NCBI RefSeq assembly: GCF_006345805.1
Contig: NW_021832465.1
Coordinates: 1-30,611, forward strand
DNA length: 30,611 nucleotides
Origin: Octopus sinensis
Taxonomy: Eukaryota
Reading direction: 5' to 3'
The notes under the pieces were generated by a model. That model made no database searches. It saw only the letters and a program-made list of their open reading frames with translations, and was not told where the DNA came from. The translations under genes and the position numbers were made by a program. Shown one piece after another: positions 1-11,241 of this stretch. Each line of letters begins with the position of its first letter. The stretch's first letter is position 1.

Positions 1-1050
1 TAAAACTAATCTGATAAAGACAAAATTCGACGAAACACAGTCAGACAACAAATCTAGAATCTGTAGGAAAGGAGACGAAAGTAACAATAATCTTTTTTAT
101 GCATGCAGTAAGCTAGCACAGAAAAACACATAAACACGCACATAACTATGAAGATAAACTCGCACATTGGGATATTACCCGAGTGTGTGACTTCAAAGTA
201 ACAGAAAAGCGATATGAATACAAACCAGGGGTTGTAATAAAAATGATAATTACAGGATCTTGTGGATATTCCTACAAAAACTGGTCATACTGTTCAAACA
301 ATTAAACCAAATATGATTATAGAGAACAAAATAAACAAACCATAGGCGCAGGAATGGCTGTGCGGTAAGTAGCTTGCTTACCAACCACATGGTTCCAGAT
401 TCAGTTCCACTGCGTGGCACCTTGGACAAGTGTCTTCTACTATAGCCTCGGGCCGACCAAAGCTTTCTGAGTGGATTTGGTAGACGGAAACTGAAAGAAG
501 CCCGTCGTATATATGTATATGTGTATATATGTGTGTATGTGTGTCTGTGTTTGTCCCCTCAACATCGCTTGACCACCGATGTTTGCGTTCCCGTAACTTA
601 GCGGTTAGAATAAATACTAGGCTTACAAAGAACAAGTCCTCGGGTCGATTTGCTCGACTAGAGGCGGTGCTTCAGCATGTCCGCAGTCAAAATGACTGAA
701 ACGAGTAAATGCGTAAACGTTTGAAGATCTATGATTTTGCAATTTCCTACAAAGAATTGAAGAAAATTAAGAAATATAAGGATCTAACAAGAGTGAAGAC
801 TATGGGAGACTAAGACGAAAGTTATTCTCGTGAAAAATGGTGCACCTGTCACAACATTCAAAATGCTATCTAAAAGAATATAGATACTGGAATTAAAACT
901 CTCATTGTCGTCTTACAGAGAGGTACCATCCCTGTACTCTGTAAGAATCCGAAGAAAGGTTCTTGTGATTTGAGGAGATTTGTTATCACCAAACATCGAG
1001 ATAGAATTGTTTGTAGTGAAATTCACTTTTACTAGGTAATATATATAATA
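1..1050 (+). mobile_element. Decayed R4/Dong-like (restriction-like endonuclease) non-LTR retrotransposon, 3' end, interrupted by a SINE at 343-718
   Basis: Translation across stops and frameshifts. From nt 2: KTNLIKTKFDETQSDNKSRICRKGDESNNNLFYACSKLAQK (degenerate CCHC knuckle region). Then HWDITRVCDFKVTEKRYEYKP..NDNYRILW..DIPTKTGHTVQTIKPNMIIENK. After the SINE: YDFAISYKELKKIKKYKDL..RLWETKTKVILV..SVRIRRKVLVI*. Motif order matches the R4/Dong C-terminal PD-(D/E)xK domain. Ends in a (TAA)n tail near 1045. The window starts inside the element. Confidence 0.8.
343..718 (+). mobile_element. tRNA-derived SINE, family A (CORE-like body, internal TA/TG microsatellite, 3' module)
   Basis: A-box-like TGGCTGTGCGGT, B-box-like GATTCAGTTCC, body CACCTTGGACAAGTGTCTTCTACTATAGCC, internal (TA)/(TG) tract and 3' GACTGAAAC end. 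Homologous to at least six other copies in the window. Confidence 0.9.
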
Positions 1051-1054
1051 ATAA

Positions 1055-1085
<31 letters not shown>

Positions 1086-1407
1086 AAGAAGAAGAAGAAC
1101 AAGAACAACAACAACACAACAACGACAATAGAGAAGGAGGAGGAGAAGGAGGGAAGGAGGAGGAGGAGGAGGAGAGACAACAACAAGAAGAAGAACAAAA
1201 GAACAAGAAAAGAAGAACAAGAACAAGAAGAACAAGAACAAGAAGAACAAGACAAAAGGAGAGATGAAGAAGAAGAAGAAGGGGGAGGTGGGGGAGGAGA
1301 AGATGAAGAAGAAGGAGGAGGAGAAGAAGAAGAAGAAGAAGAAGAAGAGAAGAAGAAGAAGAAGAAGAAGAAGAAGAAGAAGAAGAAGAAGAAGAAGAAG
1401 AAGAAGA
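1040..1407. repeat. Compound trinucleotide microsatellite (AAT, AAG/GAA, CAA, GGA)
   Basis: Direct inspection; long pure (GAA)n runs near 1056-1098 and 1346-1407. Confidence 0.95.
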
Positions 1408-1614
1408 ATGGTTTCAAATTTTGGCACAGGTCCAGCAATTTCGGAGAGGCGGGGAGAATTGTTTAGACCGATCCCCAGTATTCAATTAGTGCTTATTTTA
1501 TCGTAACCGACGGACGGAAGGCAAAGTCGACCGGGGAAGAATTTGAATTCAGAGCGTAAAAACGGACGAAATGCATCTAAATGTTTTGTCCCGCGATCTA
1601 ACGATTTTATCAGA
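1407..1614 (-). mobile_element. tRNA-derived SINE, family B (Meta-domain-like body), decayed
   Basis: Reverse complement aligns to the copies at 27019-27720 (AAATCGTTAG..CATTTCGTCCG..GAATTCAAATTC..GTCGACTTTGCCTTCC..GATAAAATAAGCAC). Ends in CCTGTGCCAAAATTTGAAACCATT followed by (CTT)n. Confidence 0.8.
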
Positions 1615-1616
1615 TA

Positions 1617-1648
<32 letters not shown>

Positions 1649-1862
1649 GGTGGTGTGGTGGTGGTGGTGGTGGTGGTGGTGGTTATATTAAGTTGGTGTG
1701 GATGGTGATGATGCTGGAGGTGCTGGTGGTAGTAGCGATGACACTGATGATGGTAATGACGATGAGGAGGAGAAAGAAGGAGGAGGAGGAAGAAGACGAC
1801 GACAAAGTGGGGTAAGGATAATGTTGTGAATGACAACGAAGTTGACGATTATGATGATAGCG
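1614..1862. repeat. (GAT)n/(GGT)n compound microsatellite
   Basis: Direct inspection. Confidence 0.9.
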
Positions 1863-2321
1863 TCAATAAAAATTGGTAACCGGAATCAACAATTGTAACT
1901 CAAATATAAATAAATTAATAAATAAAAACCATAAATGAAAATGGAAAGACGAAAAGTTCTAAAGAAAAAAAATAGCGAAAATTAATCAACAATTTTTTTT
2001 TCCAAATCAACAAAAATAAGGAAAATAGCAACAAAAAATACGTTAAAAAATATAACAAAAATACATATTTGCAATAAAGAAAATATTATAAAATAGAGCT
2101 ATGACGTGAACCGCAATGAGATTTAATAAATATTTATTTTTTAAGTCGGAGAAAAAAATAAAATATAATATATATACATATATAAAATAATCACATAAAA
2201 AGAGTAATACTAGAAAGTCTGTTTTTGAAATATAATAATTGAAGATTAATGTAGAAATATGACATGTTTCTTCAATAAAGGATTAAACTTTTATGAAGAT
2301 TTTTCATTCAGAAAGAAATGA

Positions 2322-2802
2322 ACAGCATCAGCAACAACAACAACAACAACAACAACAATAACAACAAGTGCTACTACAACAGGAATAAGAATAGCAAGAA
2401 GACGAGGGACATTTACAGCAGAAGCACCAGTGTATAACGGTGATAACCAAGACGGAGAAGTTAGCTGAAATAATGAATATGTAAACGCCAGAGTTATTCG
2501 TAGGGTGATAGCGATGGCGGCGATGGCCGTGTCCGGTGTTGTGTCGTAGTCATCAGCAGTAGCTATCAAAAAATAACAACAACAACAACAAGTAACAACG
2601 ACAAGAGAACGGCAACTACAACAGAAAGGGAAATAGCTATGAAAAATGACAGCACCAAGAATGAGGAGGGGGAGCAGGAGGAGGAAGGGGATGGGGATTT
2701 GGAGGACGGTGTGGAAGAGGAGAAGAAGGCAACGAGAAAGAAGAAGAGCAAGGAAAGGAAGAGGAAGAAGAAGGAGGAGGAGGAGAAGAAGAAAGAGAAA
2801 AG

Positions 2803-2857
<55 letters not shown>

Positions 2858-3326
2858 AAGAAGACGAAAAAGGAGAAGATGAAGAAGAAGAAGTAGAAGA
2901 AGAGGAGGAGAAGAAGTAGAAGAAGAAGAAGAAGAAGAAGAGAAGAAGGGGGAAAAGAAGAAGAACAATACGAAAAAAAGGAGAAGGAGAAGAAGAAGAA
3001 GAAGAAGAAGAAGAAGAAGAAGAAGAAGAAGAAGGGGGAAAAGAAGAAGAAAAATACGAAGAAAAAGGAGAAGGAGAAGAAGAAGAAGAAGAAGAAGAAG
3101 AAGAAGAAGAAGAAGAAGAAGAAGAAGAAGAAGAAGAAGAAGAAGACGAAGAAAAAGAAGAAGACGAAGAAGAAGAAGAAGAAGAAGAATTGACCTCATA
3201 AAAGAAGAAAAAACAGCAGCAATAATAATAATCATAATAGCAATAATAGCAATAATAATGATGATGATGATGATTGTAATAATAACAATAATGATGAAGG
3301 TAACGATGATGGTGATACAAGTAGTG

Positions 3327-3359
<33 letters not shown>

Positions 3360-3730
3360 ACAGTAGTTGTAGTAGTAGTAGTAGCAGCAGTAGTAGTAGT
3401 AGTGGTGGTGGTAGTGGTAGTGGTAAGCAGCAGCAGCAATGGCTAAAATCGCAACAGTAACGAATTTGAAGTACTTCAGCTATAACAATATTAACATCAA
3501 CACGAAAAAGAAAAAAACAATGACAGCAGCAATGCAAAAACACCTGCCATAAGAACAACAACAACAACAACAACAACAACATGGTTATAGATGAAAAAAA
3601 CAACAACAGTTACAAATATAAATAACAGCAACATTGATACAACAGCAAAGATGGAATGATGTGAAAATCGTCACAACAATATGAGCAAGCCATAACAAGA
3701 CTGAGAATAATGGCTGCCATAACAACAGCG
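2322..3730. repeat. Large degenerate trinucleotide array (CAA, GAG, TAG, GAA, AAT, GAT, CAG)
   Basis: Successive pure and decayed triplet runs; purine-rich strand is +. Confidence 0.9.
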
Positions 3731-3747
3731 AAGTGAAAGAAATGGGA

Positions 3748-4092
3748 TGGAAGCACTCCGTCGGTTACGACGACGAGAGTTCCGGTTGATCCGAATCAAC
3801 AGAACAGCCTGCTCGTGAAATTAACGTGTAAGTGGCTGAGCACTCCACAGACACGTGTACCCTTAACGTAGTTCTCGGGGATATTCAGCGTGACACAGAG
3901 AATGACAAGACCGGCCCTTTGAAATACAGGTACAACAGAAACAGGAAGTAAGAGTGAGAGAAAGTTGTGGTGAAAGAGTACGGCAGGGATCACCACCATC
4001 CCCTGCCAGAGCCACGTGGAGCTTTAGGTGTTTTTCGCTCAATAAACACTCACAACGCCCGGTCTAGGAATCGAAACCGCGATCCTATGACC
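3748..4092 (-). mobile_element. tRNA-derived SINE, family C, 5'-truncated by about 40 nt
   Basis: Reverse complement is about 95% identical (about 17 differences in about 345 nt, counted by eye) to 11281-11625. Keeps B-box GGTTTCGATTCC but lacks the A-box. Confidence 0.92.
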
Positions 4093-4363
4093 ACCAGACA
4101 CTACCGCCCAAGCGCAGTAGCGATAGACAGCAATTGGTCGGTCGCTCAGCTAAAACAATATGCCGTCATATCTTTTGTAATTAGCAACCTGCGGTTTTAT
4201 AAATGCTACAGAGCGGATGAACAGGTATGAGATGTTTCGGCGCAGCCATTTTGGCGTTGCCTCTCTGCCGGTATTGATTCAACGTTGACTTATTTATCAT
4301 CACACGTTTTCTACCCGGGGTCTTTCCATACAGTAAAATAATTTATTATTTTATTTGACAACT

Positions 4364-4532
4364 ATAGGCGTGGAAGTGGCTATGTGGTAAGTAGCTTGCT
4401 TACCAACCACATGATTCCGGGTTCAGTCCCACTGCGTGGAACCATGGGCGAGTGTCTTCTACTATAACCTCGGGCCGACTAAAGCCTTGTGAGTGGATTT
4501 GGTAGACGGAAACTGAAACAAGCCCGTCGTAT

Positions 4533-4574
<42 letters not shown>

Positions 4575-4767
4575 TGTATGTTTGCGTGACTGTGTTTGTC
4601 CTCCAACATCGCTTGGCAACCGATGCTGGTGTGTTTACGTCCCCTGTAACTTAGTGGTTCGACAAAAGAAACCAATAAAATAAGTACTATGCTTACAAAG
4701 AATAAGTCCTGAGGTCTATTTGCTGGAGTAAAGGCGGTGATCCAGCATGGCCAAGAGTAAAAGGGTA
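4364..4767 (+). mobile_element. SINE family A
   Basis: Head GGCGTGGAAGTGGCTATGTGGTAAG, B-box GGTTCAGTCCC, internal (TA)n, 3' module with a short terminal deletion. Confidence 0.9.
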
Positions 4768-4768
4768 A

Positions 4769-5199
4769 CTAGAATAACGACTAAGGTATTGGATTACTAA
4801 AATTCATTTAATTTTCTGCTTTATTTTATGCATATATTGACGGCCATTGAAACCCCATTGGACTTCCGTATATCTTTGACACAGACGAACTGACAAGGTA
4901 TATAAATTTTGGTGCTATGAACAGAAAAAGTCGGTAAGAGCAGAAATAAGAAAAAAAAGACGACAAAAATTAACGTGTAATAAATGTCCCACGATTGCTA
5001 CAAACTCTTTTCTCTTTCATTCTCAATCTCTTCCTCTTTTCTTCTTCCCCCTTCTCTCTTCCCTTCTGTTAACCTCTAACTCTTTCCTCTCTGTCTTTCT
5101 CTCCCGCTCACTCTCTCCTCTCTGTCCCCCTCTTCTCGATGCCCCTCTCTCCCCTCTCTTTCTCAATATATCTGTCTATGCCTTTTATATGTATGTGGA
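4769..5199 (-). mobile_element. Possible non-autonomous Helitron-like element with a purine/pyrimidine tract
   Basis: On the - strand it starts A|TCCACATACATATAAAAGG (resembles Helitron TCTATATATATAAAA starts) and ends CTAG|T. No convincing subterminal GC hairpin. Confidence 0.4.
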
Positions 5200-5571
5200 T
5201 TTCTTTATAGCGACGGGAGACATTTAATACAAGTTCATGTTTCTATTCTAAAATTATGCCGGCTTCCCTCGCTTAAACCAGTAACAAATAGAGAAATATA
5301 TTTTACTTACTCTTTTAGCATTATTAAAAAAATATATCGTATACCATGTTGTATTTCGTACGATCATGGCTAATACTCCTGACAACACGACTATCAACAC
5401 ATGTACTCTTACAACACCCGTCAATCATTTAAGGGGACACAAGGTTTCTTTCAGATGAGAAAAAATACAAACTATTCACGTAAGCCATGATCATTTTATG
5501 TTTTATAAATATGATATTTCCATTTTGATCTATAAATTGATATATTTAAATATTTTTATAATAATTTTTTC

Positions 5572-5866
5572 AGTACTATAGCCCGGGGCCAACCAAAGCC
5601 TTGTGAACGGATTTGGTAAACGGAAACTGAAACAAGCCCGTCGTATATATATAAATATATATGCATGAATTTGTGCGTGTGTGTGAGTTTGTCTTCCCAC
5701 CGTCGCTTGACAACCGACGTTGGTGTGTTTACGTTTCTGTAATGTAGTGTTTCGGCAAAAACGACCGATTGAGTAAGTACTAAGCTTACAAAGAATAAGT
5801 CCTGGAGTTGATTTCTTCGACTAAAGACGGTGCTCAAAGTCAGACGATTGACACAAATAAAAGAAT
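5572..5866 (+). mobile_element. SINE family A, 5'-truncated
   Basis: Begins at TACTATAGCCCGGGGCCAACCAAAGCC and runs through the 3' module; tRNA head absent. Confidence 0.85.
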
Positions 5867-7095
5867 ATCCGAATTTAGAAAAGATATTAAGTGCTACAAG
5901 AATTTAATACACACCAAAAAAAAAATAACGATGAAATATTTCTAGAGGGTCTTTGAAGCGAAACCCCTCTGAAGCGGATAAAAATAGTAACACTTCTATC
6001 TATCTCAAATCGTAGCTTAAGATGTGTTAAATTGAAATACGCACAGTGTAATATGCTCCTAGATACATCATATCTGAAAATGTAATAAATATTCACATCT
6101 TCGACGTCTTCGATCATAGGCCAGCTATATCAGAACCGACTTGGAAGTTAAACAACGAGAAATGATGCTGAATATACTGAAGGTAGCACATACTGGAATA
6201 TAGTAGAGTGAATTTATAGAGAGCTGTTTTGAAAGAGTGAGAAAGAAATAGAGAAATAAGACATTGGTGAGAAATACAAGAAGAACCAATCAATATAATG
6301 ATAAGGCAGTTAGGAATATGAAAGAAGAACATGAGGAAACACTTAAAATTCCGGATGCCATACATTTACATAAACTGCGAAAATAGCTTTACTGAGCTAA
6401 GCATGCATTCTTCATTCGGACATCCTTCATAAATTGAATACACGAAATGTTATTCTTCACACGAAAGTAAAACATTGCAATGTGTCTTAATCACACACCG
6501 TTAAACGCATACACATATACGCGCATGAATTCACAAATGCGTAGATTCCTATGCTATACACAGTACCAAATTAGCTACAACATACAATAGTTACATCAAA
6601 GTAATCACAGGAGGGAAAAACATCCAAGACAAAATTAAAGATATTTTTGGTGAAGCCATTTTGATAAATTTTGTATTACTTTCTTAGAGCAGGCAAATGA
6701 ATAATATCGAGTGTAATGTCATTCCTCTGCTATCGTTTCCCCGTCTTTCTTCAATATATATTATTAGTAATGTTTTATTATTATAACTTATAAGTCGTGT
6801 AGTTTGGCGAACACGATTGGTTTCTAGAAACTTCAATAAATACGTTACTGTTAAAAGCAAACCTAAGCTTAAATTTGACGAAGCAACACATTTCCAGGAT
6901 CCAGTTATCGTTATATTCTGTTCATTCGTTTCATAAACATCTTCCTATGAAAGCTTTCACAATGTAAAAGAGAACGTAGTTTTGGTATACATTTAAGATA
7001 TGTGTTTAGTCGAGCGTTAATAAAATTACGAAGACATTAGGCTGGAGCCGCATATTGTGTCGTTTAGTCGACTGTGAATAAAAGTGTCCGTTTTT

Positions 7096-7222
7096 CTCTG
7101 AATAGGATGCCTGAATGGCAAGGGGTTACTAAAGCAATAGTTGGTCTCTAGTTGGTACTCAATTGCAGCCGAGGATAAAAAAGTATTGTGGAATGAAATT
7201 CCTTTATCTAAGGCTCAACGCA
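7096..7222 (-). mobile_element. Highly decayed SINE fragment, family D-like
   Basis: Weak similarity to the reverse complement of the 19353-19575 body (GGATGCC..GGGTTAC..GTTGGTACTCAATTGCAGC..CAACGCA). Confidence 0.4.
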
Positions 7223-7779
7223 AAAACTTATACATGAAGCCAACTCACGACCTGACGAAATATTTCCAGGTTCTAGTTATCGTTATATAAAGCAGTGAGC
7301 TGGCAAAATGCATTTCTCACGGTCAATTGCGTGTATACGGACTAATTTTGCATTGAAAATCAACTTTGAAAAGCTGAAAATTATTGTGAACCCACAAGTT
7401 CAGTAAAATGTGATTTTCACTTTCCTGTAAAAGCTCTTTCAATAAACCATGCACTAAATTTTATACAGCAAAACTTGTTTTATACATAAACCTTTGAGTA
7501 AAATGCTATCCTCTGTTTTGTTTTGTTTTTTCTTTTCGTTTCCTGAAAATCTCACTTTGAGAAAACGTGCTCTAGTATTTTTACAGTAAAACCTTTATCT
7601 CAAAACTCTTTCATGTAAAAACATAATTTTGTATTTATTTTCTTAAATATATCAATATAACAGAAATATTTACTTCAGAGATTTAAAAGTAAAACGTGAT
7701 ATTATATATTCTCTCTCTCTAACACATACACACACACATTATATAAATCTGCCACACTTTCAACCCTTTGATATTATCT

Positions 7780-7831
7780 TTCACACATACTTACATACAT
7801 ACACACACATATACATACAATACATACATAC

Positions 7832-7902
<71 letters not shown>

Positions 7903-7953
7903 TGTGTATATTTGCCGCATATTCAACCCTTTGATATTTCATATATATATATA
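7780..7953. repeat. (CATA)/(TA)/(TG) microsatellite
   Basis: Direct inspection. Confidence 0.9.
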
Positions 7954-9564
7954 CAGTGTCTCAAAAAAGCATGTACACCCCTCAATAATTTCAGTAAAAT
8001 TATCATTACTCTGATAATATTAAAGAGAACCAAACAAAATTCATACTGAATACAATATATTATACATGCAAACATTATACACATTTGGGACACAAAATAA
8101 TAAACGAAATATTGATTTTGATTTTGAAAAGATACAAAAATATGTACACCTTAAAGGATTATTTGCTATATTCAATATTTGGTATGACTGTCCGTGCTTC
8201 CAATGACTGAATTAAGTCTTCTGGGCATAGAGACGACTAAATTTCCGCATATAACCAATGGAATCGACCTCTATTCATCTTGAATGATGTCTTTCAACTG
8301 TGTTATATTACGGGACTTTTTCTCCTCCACCTTCCTTTTCAAAACACCCCACAGATGGTCTATTGGGTTTAAATAAGGTGACATTGTAGGCCGAGGCAAT
8401 ACCTTTGCCGTTTTATCTGACAAAGACTTAGTCGTTATTTTTAAAGAGTGTTTAGTGTCATTATCATGTTGGAACATAGAACATCTTCCTAGTTCCTTGA
8501 TGCTTTTCAACATTGCTTACTGCAATATGTCACAATAAAGTCTTGAATCCATTCTTCTCTCAATAAATGTTAAGTCCTCCCACACCGGCCGCACTCACGC
8601 ATCTCCAAAGCACAACTCTTCCACCGCCGTATTTAACGGTAGGCACGGTGCATTTCTCGCTATTATACACATTTAATACCATCTGACCCAAACAAATTGA
8701 TTTTAGTCTCTTCAGAAAAAATAATTTTATTCCAAAACTCCTTCCTCATACTCACATAGGTTCCGGCAAAAGAAAGACGTCTTAATTTTTGCCTGGTAGT
8801 GAGGAGAGGCACCCTACAAGGAATGCGTCCATGAAGACCAAACTGGTTCAAACATCAATGAAGTGTTTGAGCGGATAAACTCTTTCCACTAACAGAAGAC
8901 ACTTATTGGGCCAAAGATGAAGCGGTATGACGCCTATCGTCCATCACGCAACGTTGGATATGGCGAATATCATGCACAGTTAAAATAGAAGAGCGACCTG
9001 GACGATGTCTATTGCTTAGCTGTCCAGTAGCTTTGTACTTCTGAATTATTTTGGCAACTGTGTTTACGCTAATAAGTATTCGCTTGCTCATTAACTTGTA
9101 TCCTAAACCATTCTTGTGCAAATTTAAAATAATTTTCTGCAATCTTCATATAATTCTTTTCCTTTTGGTGCAATTTTAATCACAATGAAGAAGATTCTCA
9201 CCACGATACACAAATCAGAATTCCTGCAGATGCAATAACAATGACCGGTGCGAAAATGCCTGGAGAAATACATTATTAGAATTGAAATTATCAGCAATAT
9301 CTGAATTTAATAATAAAAAAGTGGATAAAATATTGAATACAGCAAATTTCCTTTAAGGTGTACGTATTTTTGTATAGTTTGAAAATTGATATTTCGTTCA
9401 TATTTTTGAAGATGTTTATTGTTTTGTGTTCCAAATTTGTATAATATTTGATGGCGTAATGTATTTTATTCAGTATAAATTTCGTTTGATTTTCTTCGCT
9501 GTTATCAGAGTAATGGCAATTTTACTGAATTTTTTTAGGGTGGTACATACTTCTGCGAGATACA

Positions 9565-9567
<3 letters not shown>
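7954..9567 (-). mobile_element. Full-length (1614 bp) Tc1-family DNA transposon with long IR/DR-type terminal inverted repeats
   Basis: TA on both sides (7952-7953, 9568-9569). Imperfect inverted repeats of about 230 bp (7954-8180, 9328-9567), each with outer and inner TGTACACC-type direct repeats. Transposase relic inside. Confidence 0.93.
8172..9174 (-). pseudogene. Tc1-like DDE transposase pseudogene (about 334 codons; start lost, stops and frameshifts)
   Basis: IAPKGKELYED..LHKNGLGYK (paired-like HTH), GRSSIL (GRPR-like), FWNKIIFSEETKINLFGSDG, FQHDNDTKH, SPYLNPIDHLWGVLKRKV, C-terminus SMPRRLNSVIGSTDSHTKY*. Confidence 0.93.
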
Positions 9568-9596
<29 letters not shown>

Positions 9597-10139
9597 GTTT
9601 AAGAGACAGAATCACTATCAAGCAACTCAATCATCATTGAACGACATTATCCACGGTTGGTACATTTAGAATTAATTATTAAAATTGTCAAAATTAATAC
9701 CTTCAGTTCTTATACTAAATCATATACTTTACATTATATATACTACACGCGTTTCATGACAACAAATTTCTCGATATTGCTGAAATAGGTCTTGAAATAC
9801 AATACTATATTAAAACGATTATATTGCCAATCTTCAGGTCTAGTTTACATGAGCTTATTTTACTATTTACATCCTATATATAGACATGACAAACTAAAAT
9901 TATATAGCTAGAAGTTGTCGGAATAATTTTACTTTAGTAAATAATGAACAGAAACGTGGAATAAAAGTAGGAACAAGAAATGTTAGTAAAAAGAAATGTT
10001 AACTTATCTGTACGGTAATGTTCTCTTAAACCTATCTATATATATGTATATAATACAGTGAATAATGCATTTTAGCACCACTAAATTTAACTTCTTTCCC
10101 CTGTGGACTCGGAAATAACTTCCCTAATATTAATATTAA

Positions 10140-10180
<41 letters not shown>

Positions 10181-10249
10181 CATACATTAATACATACATA
10201 CATGCATATATGCATATATAATATATATATATATATAATATATATATAT

Positions 10250-10281
<32 letters not shown>

Positions 10282-10354
10282 GCATATATGCATGTAAGTT
10301 CGTATGTACGAATGTATGAGTGTGTATTTATGTACGTACGTATGTATGTATATA
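10140..10354. repeat. (TA)/(CATA)/(TATG) microsatellite
   Basis: Direct inspection. Confidence 0.9.
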
Positions 10355-10763
10355 CAGAGTACCCGAAAAATATATACACGTATTGAATGAATATATGATT
10401 ATAAATTCAGAACCATTTTCAATCTTTTACAGAATTTATAGTCAGAATTAAGTGTCCTCAGTTTTATGAAGGCCACTTTACTACCAGCGAGTGTTCTGGT
10501 GCCGGCACTACTGATAACGCAAGGCAACACAACCGCAAACATCGAGAAATTCTTCGTTCGGTATTTCTGCGTATTTTTTCTCAATGGCCGCTTTCAATTC
10601 CTTGATTACCATCGGTTTAGTGCCAAAACATTTACCTTTTTGCACACTCTCACATACACACATTAAATAGTTGATATATAGTGTAATGGGAGAGCATTCT
10701 TGCTCAAAATGAAATTCCACTCTTCAAAGTCTATTAAATGCTTGGCATGACATATTACTCTTT
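10355..10763 (-). mobile_element. One end of a second Tc1/mariner-superfamily element, with a deleted transposase C-terminus
   Basis: TA|CAGAGTACCCGAAAAATATATACAC TIR-like end. The - strand reads EFHFEQECSP (FQQDGAP-like) and KGKCFGTKPMVIKELKAAIEKKYAEIPNEEFLDVCGCVALRYQ (like KVY..KP.T..ELK.AI..EI..IP). Partner TIR not found; cut by the SINE at 10764. Confidence 0.6.
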
Positions 10764-11160
10764 TATTCTTTTACTTGTTTCATTCATTTGACTGCAGCCA
10801 AGCTGGAGCACCACTTTTAGTCGAGCACATCGACCGCAAGATTTGTGCTTTGTAAGTCTATTACTTGTTCTATCAGTCTCTTTTGCTAAGTTACAGAGAC
10901 GTAAACACACCAGCATCGGTTGTCAAGCAATGCTGGGGGGACAAACACAGACACGCAAACACACACACACACAAACACACACACACATGACGGACTTCTA
11001 CACCGTTTCTCTCTGCAAAATTCATTCATAAGTCATTGGTCAGCCTGGTGCTACAGTAAAAAAAATAATACTTATCGAATTTCTCCCACTTTGGGACTGA
11101 ACCGGATACCACGTGATTGTTAAACAAGCTTCTTTACCTCACAAACGAGCCTCTGCCTAT
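10764..11160 (-). mobile_element. SINE family A, decayed
   Basis: Reverse complement has the head (ATAGGCAGAGGC..GGTAAAGAAGCTTG..GGTTCAGTCCC), internal (TG)n and the 3' module. Confidence 0.88.
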
Positions 11161-11241
11161 GAAGCATACCCGCGCTAATGCATGTACGTTTAAATAACTA
11201 TTGATTCCCCTCTCTGTATTCATCCTTTTGTATATATGTGA

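Noticed and set aside
2291-3439. 382-aa ORF and the other poly-L/S/E/K/T ORFs (913-1836, 20139-20888)
   Set aside because: These are translations of triplet microsatellites; CTT/CTA-type repeats lack stops on one strand. No domain or splice support.
3796-3999. Near-identical 67-aa ORFs at 3796-3999 and 11374-11577
   Set aside because: They are internal to two copies of a non-coding SINE; similarity reflects copy age, not a gene family.
5928-5985. ATGAA followed by an AGAGGG/CCCTCT hairpin as a possible SECIS element
   Set aside because: Helix length and AA position do not fit the SECIS pattern, and no selenoprotein exon is nearby.
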